A DNA stretch of 64,000 nt from Eubacteriales bacterium (GCA_045643725.1 JAZRFQ010000044.1:5136-69135), one strand, 5' to 3'; shown: positions 43,903-53,388, numbered from the stretch's first letter. Made by a program: numbers and translations. Notes: generated by a model from the letters alone, not told the origin.

Positions 43903-45435
43903 ATGACAAAGAACATTCCTCATATCCCTGCGGAAAAGTTCGAATTTGTCAACACGGGTGCCCACATCCATGATGAGAAGTTCAAAACCAAGTCCCGCGG
44001 ATACTTTTCGGATGCATTCCTTCGCTTCAAGAAGAATAAGTCGTCGGTTGTTGCCGCTTTCATAATCGCCTTCCTTGTTCTTTTCTCGATCGTTGCTCCC
44101 ATTATTTCTCCTTATACGGTAAATGATAAGGATAACGTATACACTAATTTCCCTCCATTCATCGAGTCTGTAGCTGATGCTAACCTCGGTATACTCAACG
44201 GCTCAAGAACCTTCACGAGCCAGAACGAAAAGCAGCTGGCAAAATATAATGCAATTGCTTTTGAAACCGGCTACAACCCCATCATTGGTGACACATCTTC
44301 GTACGAGATAACCGAGATTGAAAAAGGTCGAGAGGTAGTCAAGACCTACTATAACATCACTCTTAACTGCTACTATATGATCGGTGCAGAGTACGACCTC
44401 GTTAGCTACGATGAGTTCAAGAAGATTCAGGCGTACCAGGATGAAACCGGAATTCAGGTTCTTCTTCCTTACGCGGCTTCTACTGACGGCGCTGACATAT
44501 GGTATAAGACCGACGCCAAGGGTAACGCAGTGGATCAGAACGGAAATATTACCAGCGATCCTACAAAGTTTGTTCCTATCTATTCTACCGATACCACCAA
44601 GGCAGGTCCTGTAGAATACACCTCGAAGAGAATCGATGGTGACAACGGAAACTACATTTATAGCTGGGATAAGTCCAACTCCGTACACATCCGTGTTTGC
44701 TACTACAACTATTATCAGTATAAGAACGGCATAACACCCAGCTACGTTATGGGTACCGACGAGTACGGCCGTGACCTGTTCGAGTGTATCGGAACAGGTG
44801 CGAGATTCTCGCTCGTGTTTGCTATTGTAGTTTCTGCTATTAACCTCACGATAGGCGCGATCTACGGTGCTATCCAGGGTTACTACGGTGGAACTATTGA
44901 CCTTGTGATGGACAGAATTACCGATATTCTTTCGGGTATTCCCTCTATCGTTGTTATGACGCTGTTTAAGCTGCATTTGGCGCAGAAGATAGGCGTTCTG
45001 CCGTCGGTTCTGTTTGCATTCGTGCTAACGGGATGGATAGGAATGGCCGCTCTGACGAGAAAGCAGTTCTACCGCTTCAAGAGCCAGGAGTATATCATGG
45101 CCGCAAGAACGCTTGGCGCATCCGACAGACGCCTTATGTTCAAGCACATTTTCCCGAACTCTCTCGGTACTATGGTAACCAGCTGCGCGCTCGTTATCCC
45201 CGGAGTTATCTCCTCTGAGACCAGCCTTACCTACCTCGGTATTATCAATCTCTCGAAGGTTGTAGGTACCAGTATCGGTGAGCTTATGGAGTGTGGACAG
45301 AGAGCTATGGTAAATGCACCTCACGCTATGCTGTTCCCCGCGCTCTTTATATCCCTTCTTCTGATTTCATTTAACCTCTTCGGTAACGGACTCAGAGATG
45401 CATTTAACCCGTCTACGAGAGGAGTTGAAGACTAA
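43903..45435 (+). CDS. ABC transporter permease (OppC/DppC-type) with a long extracytoplasmic insertion after TM1
   Basis: 510 aa, against about 300 aa as I recall for OppC. The C-terminal half has the typical ..MAARTLGASDRRLMFKHIFPN.. loop. Confidence 0.85.
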   Translation: MTKNIPHIPAEKFEFVNTGAHIHDEKFKTKSRGYFSDAFLRFKKNKSSVVAAFIIAFLVLFSIVAPIISPYTVNDKDNVYTNFPPFIESVADANLGILNGSRTFTSQNEKQLAKYNAIAFETGYNPIIGDTSSYEITEIEKGREVVKTYYNITLNCYYMIGAEYDLVSYDEFKKIQAYQDETGIQVLLPYAASTDGADIWYKTDAKGNAVDQNGNITSDPTKFVPIYSTDTTKAGPVEYTSKRIDGDNGNYIYSWDKSNSVHIRVCYYNYYQYKNGITPSYVMGTDEYGRDLFECIGTGARFSLVFAIVVSAINLTIGAIYGAIQGYYGGTIDLVMDRITDILSGIPSIVVMTLFKLHLAQKIGVLPSVLFAFVLTGWIGMAALTRKQFYRFKSQEYIMAARTLGASDRRLMFKHIFPNSLGTMVTSCALVIPGVISSETSLTYLGIINLSKVVGTSIGELMECGQRAMVNAPHAMLFPALFISLLLISFNLFGNGLRDAFNPSTRGVED

Positions 45436-47579
45436 TGGAAACTAAACTTCATGTAAAAGACCTCACCATATCCTTCAGAACCTCCAACGGTAAGGTTCAG
45501 GCGGTCAGAGGCATCGACTTCGATCTTCATAAGGGCGAGACTCTTGCCATCGTTGGCGAGTCCGGCTCGGGTAAGTCCGTAACCTCGAAGGCAGTTCTCG
45601 GCATTCTCGCCGGCAACTCCATCGTTGAGGGCGGCGAGATCATCTACGACGGCAAGGATCTTCTCAAGATCTCCGAGGACGATTTCCACGAGATCCGCGG
45701 TGACAAGATCGCGATGATCTTCCAGGATCCTATGTCCAGCCTTAACCCCATCGTTAAGATCGGTAAGCAGCTTACCGAGGCTATGATCCTTAAGGGCAAG
45801 ACCCGTCAGCGCGAGAGCCGCGTGAAATTCAACACAACCCTCAAGCTTCTTGAGAAGAATATGGCCGCAGCTGTTGAGAGCGAGGATTCCGCCGCTATCG
45901 CAGCAGAGAAGTGCAAGAGCTTCGATAAGTTTGAGTATAAGCACCTTGAGCTCGAGGGCGCGTACAACGACGCTATCGAGAACGTAGAGGATGCTCTTTA
46001 CGAGCTTGACGATCTCATCCTTGAGGTTAGCAAGCAGGCCGCAAAGGATCTTATCTACAGAATTAAGCAGATCTCCAAGCAGGCAATCGGCTCTGTTCAC
46101 GAGTACGTTGTCAACGAGGACGGCGAGCGCATTAAGGAGCTCGCAGAGCTCATCGTCACTCTCGCTCCCGCAGTGAAGAAGGGCGAGGATCCCACCGCTC
46201 TCGTTGAAGCTCTCGAGGAGATCAAGAGCATAATGAAGAAGTCCGAGGGACGCACCGCGCCCAACTTCTTCGCAATGGGTTACTATCTCACCTATTCCGA
46301 GGAGCCCCTTCCTGCGCTTCCCGTAGAGGAGCTCAACGTATTCCTTCGTAAGTATCTTGATGATAACTTCATGCTTGATTTTATCAAGGATACGAAGGCG
46401 GCACTCAAGTATTCTGCCGACATTTCCTACAGGGAGAAGGCAGAGGCGCTTGATGTTCTTCGCGCACACCGTGACGTGTACGCGGCAGAGGACTTTGACA
46501 AGGCGGCTTGCTACGCCGCACAAAAGGTGCTCGCAAAGGAGATCTCCGAGAGCATTGACAGACTCGAGATCATCAAGGACAGTATTGCATACACCTTCGC
46601 AAGCGGACTTAAGAACGAGCTTGACAGATACTTCCACAGCATTAAGAAGAACGCTGCAGAAGAGAAGCGTTACGCAAAGCAGCAGGCAAAGTATGATGCT
46701 CTTACCGCACGCGGCAAGGAGCCCGATGCCAGCGTAGTTCCCGCATCGATAACCGATATCAATCAGGTTAGAAAGAACGTGCTTCGCCAGATCGACAGAC
46801 TTATCGAGCACTATGAGCAGGTAATCGCAAGCCGCGGTGATCGCGACTTCGATAAGGAAGCTGTTGCTATGATAGACTTCCTCAAGATGCAGGCATCCGG
46901 CGTTGTAAAGAAGGTAACCAGAGCTTCTGCAAAGCGCAAGGCGCTCAAGCTCATGAGCGAGGTTGGTATTGCCGACGCGCGTATGCGTTATAACCAGTAT
47001 CCCTTCGAGTTCTCGGGCGGTATGAGACAGAGAATCGTTATCGCGATCGCTCTTGCAGCAGATCCCGACATCCTTATCTGTGACGAGCCCACGACGGCGC
47101 TTGACGTTACTATTCAGGCACAGATCCTTGAGCTTATCAACGACTTCAAGAAGAGAAGAAACCTCTCGGTAATCTTCATTACCCACGATCTTGGCGTTGT
47201 TGCTAATATGGCAGACAGAATCGCAGTTATGTACGCAGGAAAGATCGTAGAGTGCGGTACTGCAGAGGAGATCTTCTATGATCCTCGCCATCCCTACACC
47301 TGGGCGCTCCTTTCCTCCATGCCTGACCTTGATACCAACGAGAAGCTTGATGCGATCCCCGGTACTCCCCCCAACATGATATTCCCGCCCAAGGGCGATG
47401 CCTTCGCGGCGAGAAATAAATACGCTATGAAGATCGATTTCGAGGAGCAGCCTCCGATGTTCAAGGTATCCGAGACTCATTCTGCGGCTACCTGGCTCTT
47501 ACATCCCGATGCACCTAAGGTAGAGATGCCCGAGATCATTTCCGAGCGTATTGCAAGAATGAAGCAGAGGAGGGGCTAA
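45435..47579 (+). CDS. ABC transporter ATP-binding protein (OppD-type) carrying an about 360-aa insertion
   Basis: 714 aa. Walker A GESGSGKS at about aa 41 and Q-loop IFQDP at about aa 96. The signature FSGGMRQR appears only at about aa 526. Walker B ILICDEPTTALD and an Opp C-terminal extension are present. Confidence 0.85.
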   Translation: METKLHVKDLTISFRTSNGKVQAVRGIDFDLHKGETLAIVGESGSGKSVTSKAVLGILAGNSIVEGGEIIYDGKDLLKISEDDFHEIRGDKIAMIFQDPMSSLNPIVKIGKQLTEAMILKGKTRQRESRVKFNTTLKLLEKNMAAAVESEDSAAIAAEKCKSFDKFEYKHLELEGAYNDAIENVEDALYELDDLILEVSKQAAKDLIYRIKQISKQAIGSVHEYVVNEDGERIKELAELIVTLAPAVKKGEDPTALVEALEEIKSIMKKSEGRTAPNFFAMGYYLTYSEEPLPALPVEELNVFLRKYLDDNFMLDFIKDTKAALKYSADISYREKAEALDVLRAHRDVYAAEDFDKAACYAAQKVLAKEISESIDRLEIIKDSIAYTFASGLKNELDRYFHSIKKNAAEEKRYAKQQAKYDALTARGKEPDASVVPASITDINQVRKNVLRQIDRLIEHYEQVIASRGDRDFDKEAVAMIDFLKMQASGVVKKVTRASAKRKALKLMSEVGIADARMRYNQYPFEFSGGMRQRIVIAIALAADPDILICDEPTTALDVTIQAQILELINDFKKRRNLSVIFITHDLGVVANMADRIAVMYAGKIVECGTAEEIFYDPRHPYTWALLSSMPDLDTNEKLDAIPGTPPNMIFPPKGDAFAARNKYAMKIDFEEQPPMFKVSETHSAATWLLHPDAPKVEMPEIISERIARMKQRRG

Positions 47580-47582
47580 ACA

Positions 47583-48824
47583 ATGGATAAAAACAATCAG
47601 GAAGTTTTACTCAGAGTTGAACACCTCTGCCAGTACTTCAAATTGGCTCCCGGTGTTTACAACAAGGCGGTAGACGACGTTTCCTTCGATATTAAGAAGG
47701 GCGAGGTTTTCGGCCTCGTTGGTGAGTCCGGATGCGGTAAGACCACTACCGGACGTTCTATAATCAAGCTCTATGACATCACCGGCGGTGACGTATATTT
47801 CAAGGGCGTTAGAGTTGCCGCGGGAACCAAGATCTATAAGGATAAGATCGCCGCGCTCAAGAGCGAGTATTCCGCGAAGATAAAGGCTGCTGCTCCTGAG
47901 GAGAAGGAGGCCCTCAAGGCCGAGCTCGCCGCACAGGTAGCAGAGTACAAGGAAAAGATCAAATCCGCGAAAAACGATGCAGGCGAGTGCGATAAAGAGT
48001 ACTCGAGACAGCTCGTCGCGGCTGTTAATGAAAAGTACGGTCCCATGCTCGAGGGAATGCCCGAGGGCGAGGAGCGTGCCGCGCTCACCAAGGAGTACAA
48101 GGCCGAGCTCAGAAAGGCGAAGAGAACCAAGCTGATCACCCAGATCCAGATGATCTTCCAGGATCCCATCGCATCTCTCGACCCCCGTATGACCGTAAAG
48201 GAGATAATCTCCGAGGGACTTATCATACAGGGCGAGACCGACAAGGAGCTCATCGACAAGAAGGTCTGCGAGATGCTTGAGCTCGTCGGACTTGTAAAGG
48301 AGCACGCGGGAAGATATCCCCACGAGTTCTCCGGCGGTCAGCGTCAGCGTATCGGTATTGCCCGTTCTATCATCATGAATCCCGAGATGATCATTGCAGA
48401 CGAGCCCGTTTCGGCGCTTGACGTCTCCATTCAGGCTCAGGTTATTAACCTTCTCAACGAGCTTCGTGATAAGTTCGGACTTACCATCCTCTTCATCGCG
48501 CACGACCTCTCGGTTGTAAAATATTTCTCGGACAGAATCGGCGTTATGTATTTCGGTAAGATGGTTGAGCTCGCAAGCTCTGATGAGCTGTTCGCACATC
48601 CTCTTCATCCCTATACCAAGTCGCTTCTTTCCGCAATTCCTCTTCCCGATCCCGTTTACGAGAAGACGAGAGAGCGTATTCATTACAACTTCCTCGAGAG
48701 CCACGATTACTCTGTTGACAAGCCCACCATGCGTGAGGTTTGCGAGGGTCATTTCGTATATTGCAATGACCAGGAGTTCGAGGCTTACAAGGAAGAGATC
48801 GCACGCATAGATGCAGGTAAGTGA
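47583..48824 (+). CDS. ABC transporter ATP-binding protein (OppF-type) carrying an about 90-aa insertion
   Basis: 413 aa. Walker [10 protein letters not shown] at about aa 48 and Q-loop IFQDP at about aa 191. A K/E/A-rich insert lies at about aa 85-180. Signature FSGGQRQR, Walker [13 protein letters not shown]. Confidence 0.85.
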   Translation: MDKNNQEVLLRVEHLCQYFKLAPGVYNKAVDDVSFDIKKGEVFGLVGESGCGKTTTGRSIIKLYDITGGDVYFKGVRVAAGTKIYKDKIAALKSEYSAKIKAAAPEEKEALKAELAAQVAEYKEKIKSAKNDAGECDKEYSRQLVAAVNEKYGPMLEGMPEGEERAALTKEYKAELRKAKRTKLITQIQMIFQDPIASLDPRMTVKEIISEGLIIQGETDKELIDKKVCEMLELVGLVKEHAGRYPHEFSGGQRQRIGIARSIIMNPEMIIADEPVSALDVSIQAQVINLLNELRDKFGLTILFIAHDLSVVKYFSDRIGVMYFGKMVELASSDELFAHPLHPYTKSLLSAIPLPDPVYEKTRERIHYNFLESHDYSVDKPTMREVCEGHFVYCNDQEFEAYKEEIARIDAGK

Positions 48825-48831
48825 TCGACCT

Positions 48832-49251
48832 ATGAATGAAATGGAAAAACGCCAAAAGCTGATGACGTTCGTAAAATGGGGCATAGTATGCTTTGCCCTC
48901 GCCGTTCTGTGCTTCTTCTTCGTAGAGAAGCCCTATGCCGAGACCGAGTTTCGCGAGGTAATAGGCAGGATAAGCAACTGCTTTGCCGTTCCCGGCGTTG
49001 TGATCGGAGGCATCGGCGGACTTTCGTACGTTTCCTACCGCGGCGGCTACGATGGCCTTGGCTATGCATTTTCTAACTTTGGACTTCATAATATTTGGAC
49101 TACAAGACAGCCCAAGAGGTATAAAAGCCTTTATGAATATAAGGAAGCCAAGGATCAGGCGGGCAGAAAATGGTTGCCCGAAGCTCTTATAGTGGGCCTC
49201 GGATTTATTGCAATCGGCCTTTTGCTCACGCTAATTTATTGCATTTTATAA
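48832..49251 (+). CDS. Small membrane protein (DUF3899-like)
   Basis: About 139 aa with 2-3 TM segments. The start is uncertain (48811, 48832 or 48841). Confidence 0.5.
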   Translation: MNEMEKRQKLMTFVKWGIVCFALAVLCFFFVEKPYAETEFREVIGRISNCFAVPGVVIGGIGGLSYVSYRGGYDGLGYAFSNFGLHNIWTTRQPKRYKSLYEYKEAKDQAGRKWLPEALIVGLGFIAIGLLLTLIYCIL

Positions 49252-49254
49252 TTG

Positions 49255-49296
49255 AAAAGCACTGCAAATCTGTGAGGATCTGCAGTGCTTTTTTCT
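49255..49296 (+). terminator. rho-independent terminator of the transporter operon
   Basis: gcactgca..tgcagtgc stem plus tttttt. Confidence 0.75.
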
Positions 49297-49303
49297 TTGC
49301 TCT

Positions 49304-49352
49304 ATAAAAAAGCAGAGCGGCAACGTAAACATAAGTTTGCATTACCGCTCTG
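49304..49352 (-). terminator. rho-independent terminator of the acyltransferase gene
   Basis: On the minus strand: cagagcggtaa..ttgccgctctg followed by cttttttat. Confidence 0.65.
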
Positions 49353-49441
49353 AAAATATTGATGTTTTCTTGATTGAATATGCCGAAAAAGTGCGAAAAA
49401 CGCCGTTTAGCGCATACCCGTGTAACATTTTAGGGGGCTTA

Positions 49442-50635
49442 CTAAATTGCCGCCTCGGTGCTTCTTCGAGTCTGCATAAGCTTGTCGAGGAAGGATACCC
49501 ACTTTACCGTCATTTGTGCATTCTCGGGGTATATGTAGATAAGTCTGCCCTTGTGGTAGACGTCGATGTGCTCGCCCGGGGTTACGGGGAAGGCGGTGAT
49601 CTGCTCAGGCTTCATCGTGAACTCGATCGCCTCACCGTGCAGAGTTCCCGAGAGCTTGAAGATATCCTTATCGAGATAGACCTCGCCGCATCCTGCCTCG
49701 GCGTCCATAAATCCGTCGTCGCCACAGCAACCGAGTCTCGCCTTCGTCGCGAGATGCTCGTGCTCGGTGTCGATGGAGTTCTGCTGCCACTCGAACCACT
49801 CGTTCACGCGATCAAAGGGCGCGTCGTGAAGTCTGTAGAAGTTATCAAGCGTCGCATCAAAGCCGCACTCGCATTTTATGTGTCCGCCACCCGCGGTGAT
49901 CGTGCCTTCCTTGAGGCACTTCGGGCACTTATAGAGTATTCTGTCTACGCCGCGCGCAATGTCGTCGCACTTGTATTCCACGCCCGCCATCGCGAGCTCG
50001 TCGTCGTTGCAGATCGCCTCGGCGGTGATGTCGCGGATCTCGTCGACGCTCTTCTCGGCCACCTCGTCGGCGGTAAGAAGCAGCTTAACGGAGGAGTGGA
50101 TCTTGCCCCGGCGGTTGTCGCCCTTGTCACGCCACTTGGGGAAGGTGAGGTACGCGCCCTCGGCCTTCCAGGCGTAGAGGTTAACGCCGAGCTTCTTTAT
50201 CAGCTCCGCGGTGCCGTCGGCAACGGGAAGAGTGTGACCGTAGCAGGAGAGTCTGCCCTCGGCGAATATGACGATAACGGCATTTTCCTTCTTCGCGCGG
50301 AGAATATTTATGATGGTAGATACGTCAGGCGTGAACATCTTCTTCGGGATAACGTGCATAAGCTTCAGAAGTCCCGCGGTGGACGGATTATGCATAAAGT
50401 GCTCGCTGACAACGTAAGTGGGACGGAGGGGATAGAGCGTAAGTCCCGAGAGAATATGATCCTCGTCAGAGGTGTGTGTCGCAACGATAATCGCCGGGCC
50501 CTTGATGCTCTTGGCAATATCGTTATCGAAGCTTATGTTGTATTTCTTAACGTATTTTGGCTTCATTATCGCGTACGCCGCGCCGAAAATTATAGGATTA
50601 ACCTTGCCTATGCTCTTTTTAGCTTTCTTTTTCAT
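49442..50635 (-). CDS. PlsC-family (lysophospholipid) acyltransferase-like protein with a C-terminal zinc-ribbon region
   Basis: 397 aa. HX4D motif HTSDED, and later YKCPKCLKEG..IKCECG. It is a paralog of 60655..61947. Confidence 0.7.
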   Translation of the reverse strand: MKKKAKKSIGKVNPIIFGAAYAIMKPKYVKKYNISFDNDIAKSIKGPAIIVATHTSDEDHILSGLTLYPLRPTYVVSEHFMHNPSTAGLLKLMHVIPKKMFTPDVSTIINILRAKKENAVIVIFAEGRLSCYGHTLPVADGTAELIKKLGVNLYAWKAEGAYLTFPKWRDKGDNRRGKIHSSVKLLLTADEVAEKSVDEIRDITAEAICNDDELAMAGVEYKCDDIARGVDRILYKCPKCLKEGTITAGGGHIKCECGFDATLDNFYRLHDAPFDRVNEWFEWQQNSIDTEHEHLATKARLGCCGDDGFMDAEAGCGEVYLDKDIFKLSGTLHGEAIEFTMKPEQITAFPVTPGEHIDVYHKGRLIYIYPENAQMTVKWVSFLDKLMQTRRSTEAAI

Positions 50636-50697
50636 ATCTCGTCCTAAAAATGTTTTTTTGAACGCCGGAAACGTCGTGCAGATACGCGCTCTTGTGT

Positions 50698-50726
50698 ATT
50701 ATATCACAAACTTTCGCCGTTGTCAA
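50698..50726 (-). promoter_or_regulatory. Consensus sigma-A promoter of the acyltransferase gene
   Basis: On the minus strand: TTGACA, 17 nt, TGa-TATAAT. Confidence 0.6.
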
Positions 50727-50826
50727 ATGGTATCTTCAGGTGGTAAGCTTTAAAGCCCTGTTAATACTGTCAACTGCGTTGCCTTCGTCCTAAAAATTAA
50801 CTATTATTATCTTTTCGCAAAACGTA

Positions 50827-50855
50827 TTTACAAGCTCGAAAAAAAGTGTTAATAT
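50827..50855 (+). promoter_or_regulatory. sigma-A promoter of the 50887 membrane-protein gene
   Basis: TTTACA, 17 nt, TGt-TAATAT. The ORF-track ATG at 50854 lies inside this -10 box. Confidence 0.5.
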
Positions 50856-50886
50856 GCAAGTAGAACCACAAAAGGAGGGACTGATT

Positions 50887-51678
50887 GTGTATTCACAATT
50901 TCATGAATTGTTTCAGGATAAGGTAGGCGGCATAGTTTTTTCCTGCTTTGACGCATGGCATTTTATCTATATGGCAATTATTTTCGGCTCTATAATCGCG
51001 GCGGTCTGTATCTTGAGGAACAAGAGCGAAAGAGCAAAGCAGCGCGCAGTCAACATCGCAATAAGCATCGCCTTTGGTCTTTATATGTTCGATTTCTTTG
51101 CTATGCCTTTAGCTTACGGCGCGGTTGACGTTGATAAATTGCCCTTCCACGCCTGCACCTCGATGTGCATTATGAGCTTTTGGAGCAGACACAACAAGTT
51201 CTTATCGAGATTTAAGACACAATTTACCCTTATCGGCCTTGTTTCGAGCTTGATCTACGTGGTATATCCTGCGGGCGTTATGTGGTATTCGATCCATCCT
51301 CTGTCATACAGAGCTTGGCAGACGATCCTCTTCCACGGCGCTATGGTTGTCTACGGTGTTCTCGCTCTTGCCTTCGGCGACGTAAAGCTCGAATGGAAGA
51401 AATGCTACAAGGATCTCGGCGTGCTTCTTGTTTTGACTGCGTGGGCGCTTCTTGGCAACGCTGTTTACAGCGGAGAGTGGCCGAGCGGTCAGGTTTCCTA
51501 CAACTGGTTCTTCGTGAAGATGGATCCCTTTGGCCTCCTGCCGGCGGATATCGCTCCTTATCTCGCCCCTGTGGTCTCGGTGGTAGCTCTGTTTGCGGCA
51601 AATATGGCGATATACGCCATCTATTTCGGCATCAAAAAGCTGTGCGGCAAAAAAGCCGACGCCAAAGCCTCTGAATAA
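50887..51678 (+). CDS. Polytopic membrane protein (YwaF/TIGR02206-like?)
   Basis: I chose the GTG start at 50887, 7 nt after AAGGAGGG. About 7 hydrophobic segments. Confidence 0.55.
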   Translation: MYSQFHELFQDKVGGIVFSCFDAWHFIYMAIIFGSIIAAVCILRNKSERAKQRAVNIAISIAFGLYMFDFFAMPLAYGAVDVDKLPFHACTSMCIMSFWSRHNKFLSRFKTQFTLIGLVSSLIYVVYPAGVMWYSIHPLSYRAWQTILFHGAMVVYGVLALAFGDVKLEWKKCYKDLGVLLVLTAWALLGNAVYSGEWPSGQVSYNWFFVKMDPFGLLPADIAPYLAPVVSVVALFAANMAIYAIYFGIKKLCGKKADAKASE

Positions 51679-51734
51679 TACATTACAAAAGCGGCACATC
51701 CTGCGTGATATGCCGCTTTCTCTTCGCTTTTCAT

Positions 51735-51785
51735 AAAAAACACCTCCGACGGCGGCTTGCCATCGGAGGTGTTGCTGTTTTTGAT
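51735..51785. terminator. Bidirectional terminator
   Basis: A-run, cacctccgacgg..ccatcggaggtg, then gctgttttt. Confidence 0.7.
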
Positions 51786-51786
51786 A

Positions 51787-52239
51787 TTATTCAATAACTA
51801 TGCTATAGATGCCAAGGCCGTTTTCGTCCTTCATAACTCCAAGCTTGATGGAAATGGTCTGTCCGCCTACGGTTGCGTGTCCCGCGATGTCATATTTTAC
51901 GTGCTCCGAGACGATCTCGGGATTGAATCCGTCAAAGGCGAATTCCACATCCTCGGTAAACTCGATATCCTTCGCCTCGAGAGCGTCCTTAACGTACTGC
52001 TCGATCTCGTCTGCAGAGGGGGAGCAGTTCGGGTGGAGATAGCTCTTGGCGTCCTCGATGTTGCCGTTAACAAGAGTCTCGGCAAAGCTCGTAACGCATT
52101 CGGTTGCCTCTGCGGTTACGCTTACGATGTTACCCTCCCACTTTTTGCTGACCATAAAGCAGCCGGTCATAGTGCCAACAAGCACCACGGTGAGTATTGC
52201 AAGAGAAATTATGCGAGTAAAAAGCGATGATCTTTTCAT
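51787..52239 (-). CDS. Small lipoprotein of unknown function
   Basis: I chose the start at MKRSSLFTRIISLAILTVVLVGTMTGC (RBS caGGAGaag); the ORF-track start is 52314. Confidence 0.6.
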   Translation of the reverse strand: MKRSSLFTRIISLAILTVVLVGTMTGCFMVSKKWEGNIVSVTAEATECVTSFAETLVNGNIEDAKSYLHPNCSPSADEIEQYVKDALEAKDIEFTEDVEFAFDGFNPEIVSEHVKYDIAGHATVGGQTISIKLGVMKDENGLGIYSIVIE

Positions 52240-52380
52240 TTTTTCTTCTCCTGTTTGATATAATTTTTTGCTACTGACTTGAGACATCGGTGCAGAGGCG
52301 CATTCGCACCCCATTACACAAGAACATTATAGCACACTTGTTGTGATTTGTAAAGAGGCAAGATAAGTTTTCCTCTAACT

Positions 52381-53388
52381 CTATCTTCCGTAGTATAGGC
52401 TCGCCTTTAGCAGCACCCCGCGAATGAAGTCGCTCTTCGCCGCCGTGTAGCTCTCTCTGTCGGCAAAGTGATCGCGCGCCAGCCTGAGCTTCAGCTCGGC
52501 ATATTTCGCGGCAATCTCGCGATATTCGGTGAGATAACTGCGGAAGTTCAGGTAGTCAAACCACTCGCGGCTATTCACGCGCACCACGTGGATAAAGTGC
52601 GTCTGCAGATTGCCCGTGCCCTCGTAGTAGCTTCCCTTGGCAAAGAGCAGTTGGCTCTCACCGCTCGCCGACGGAACGTAGTGATATCCGCGCTCGAAGA
52701 GAAGCTCGCACTTCTCGAGTATGGAGTCGAAGTCGTACACCGTGACGGCGACGTCTATGATAGGCTTCGCAGGGATCGCCCGGATCGACGTGCTACCGAC
52801 GTGTGCCGCATCGATGGCGATGCCGGGCAGAAGCGCACGGAGCTCCTCCACCGTCCTCGCGCCCTCGCGCTCCCATTCGGTTGCGTGAGGGAAGAGCTTT
52901 ACCGTTCCGCGAGCAAGTCCGATAGGCGAGGGCTCTCTTTCAATCGCGCGTGAGAACAGAGCCGTCTCGGGAGCAAAGCCGAGCGAGGTATAGAGCTCCA
53001 CGGCGCGCTCGTCGCGCACGTGCAGAGAAACCTCAAGATGATCGATGCCGCGCGCAGTTGCCCAAAGCTCTGCCTCGGAGATAAGCAGATCGCGTGCCTC
53101 GTCGGATTTGGCGCTCAGGCTCGATACACGGACGTATTTTCTCTCGGAGATGTTCGGCGACAGAGGTCGCGCCACCACCGAGACGATTGCCATACCAACC
53201 GCACGGCCGCCCTCCTCAGCGACGAGCACGTCACCGTCTGCGAGCTCCACGATTCCCGTGAAGAGCGCTATATCCTGGTGCGCGGCAAGGTAGTAATCGC
53301 CTGCCGCCGCAGACTGCCTCGATGACTCGGCGAAATAGAGCGTGTCAAGACGCTCAAAGTCGGCCTTGGTTGCCGTATAAACTCTCAT
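52381..53388 (-). CDS. Fusion protein: GNAT acetyltransferase-like domain (N) + GrpB (UPF0157) nucleotidyltransferase-fold domain (C)
   Basis: 335 aa. The C-terminal ..HVGSTSI..IPAKPIIDV.. and ..HFIHVV..S.EW..YL.FR.YL.. are GrpB-like. The N-terminal about 160 aa have a GNAT-like layout. Confidence 0.65.
   Translation of the reverse strand: MRVYTATKADFERLDTLYFAESSRQSAAAGDYYLAAHQDIALFTGIVELADGDVLVAEEGGRAVGMAIVSVVARPLSPNISERKYVRVSSLSAKSDEARDLLISEAELWATARGIDHLEVSLHVRDERAVELYTSLGFAPETALFSRAIEREPSPIGLARGTVKLFPHATEWEREGARTVEELRALLPGIAIDAAHVGSTSIRAIPAKPIIDVAVTVYDFDSILEKCELLFERGYHYVPSASGESQLLFAKGSYYEGTGNLQTHFIHVVRVNSREWFDYLNFRSYLTEYREIAAKYAELKLRLARDHFADRESYTAAKSDFIRGVLLKASLYYGR

Noticed and set aside
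40124-48884. Minus-strand ORFs 40124..42184 (686 aa), 42937..43971, 44203..44976, 45432..47480 (682 aa) and 47607..48884 (425 aa) opposite the transporter operon
   Set aside because: They are antisense shadows of genes with clear ABC/SBP/permease motifs, and they have no translation signals.
49337-50647. 436-aa plus-strand ORF opposite the acyltransferase gene; also 55305..56870 and 56297..57052 opposite uxuA/dusB, and 61057..61971 opposite the second acyltransferase
   Set aside because: These are antisense shadows. The partners on the other strand have diagnostic motifs (HX4D, UxuA and Dus signatures).
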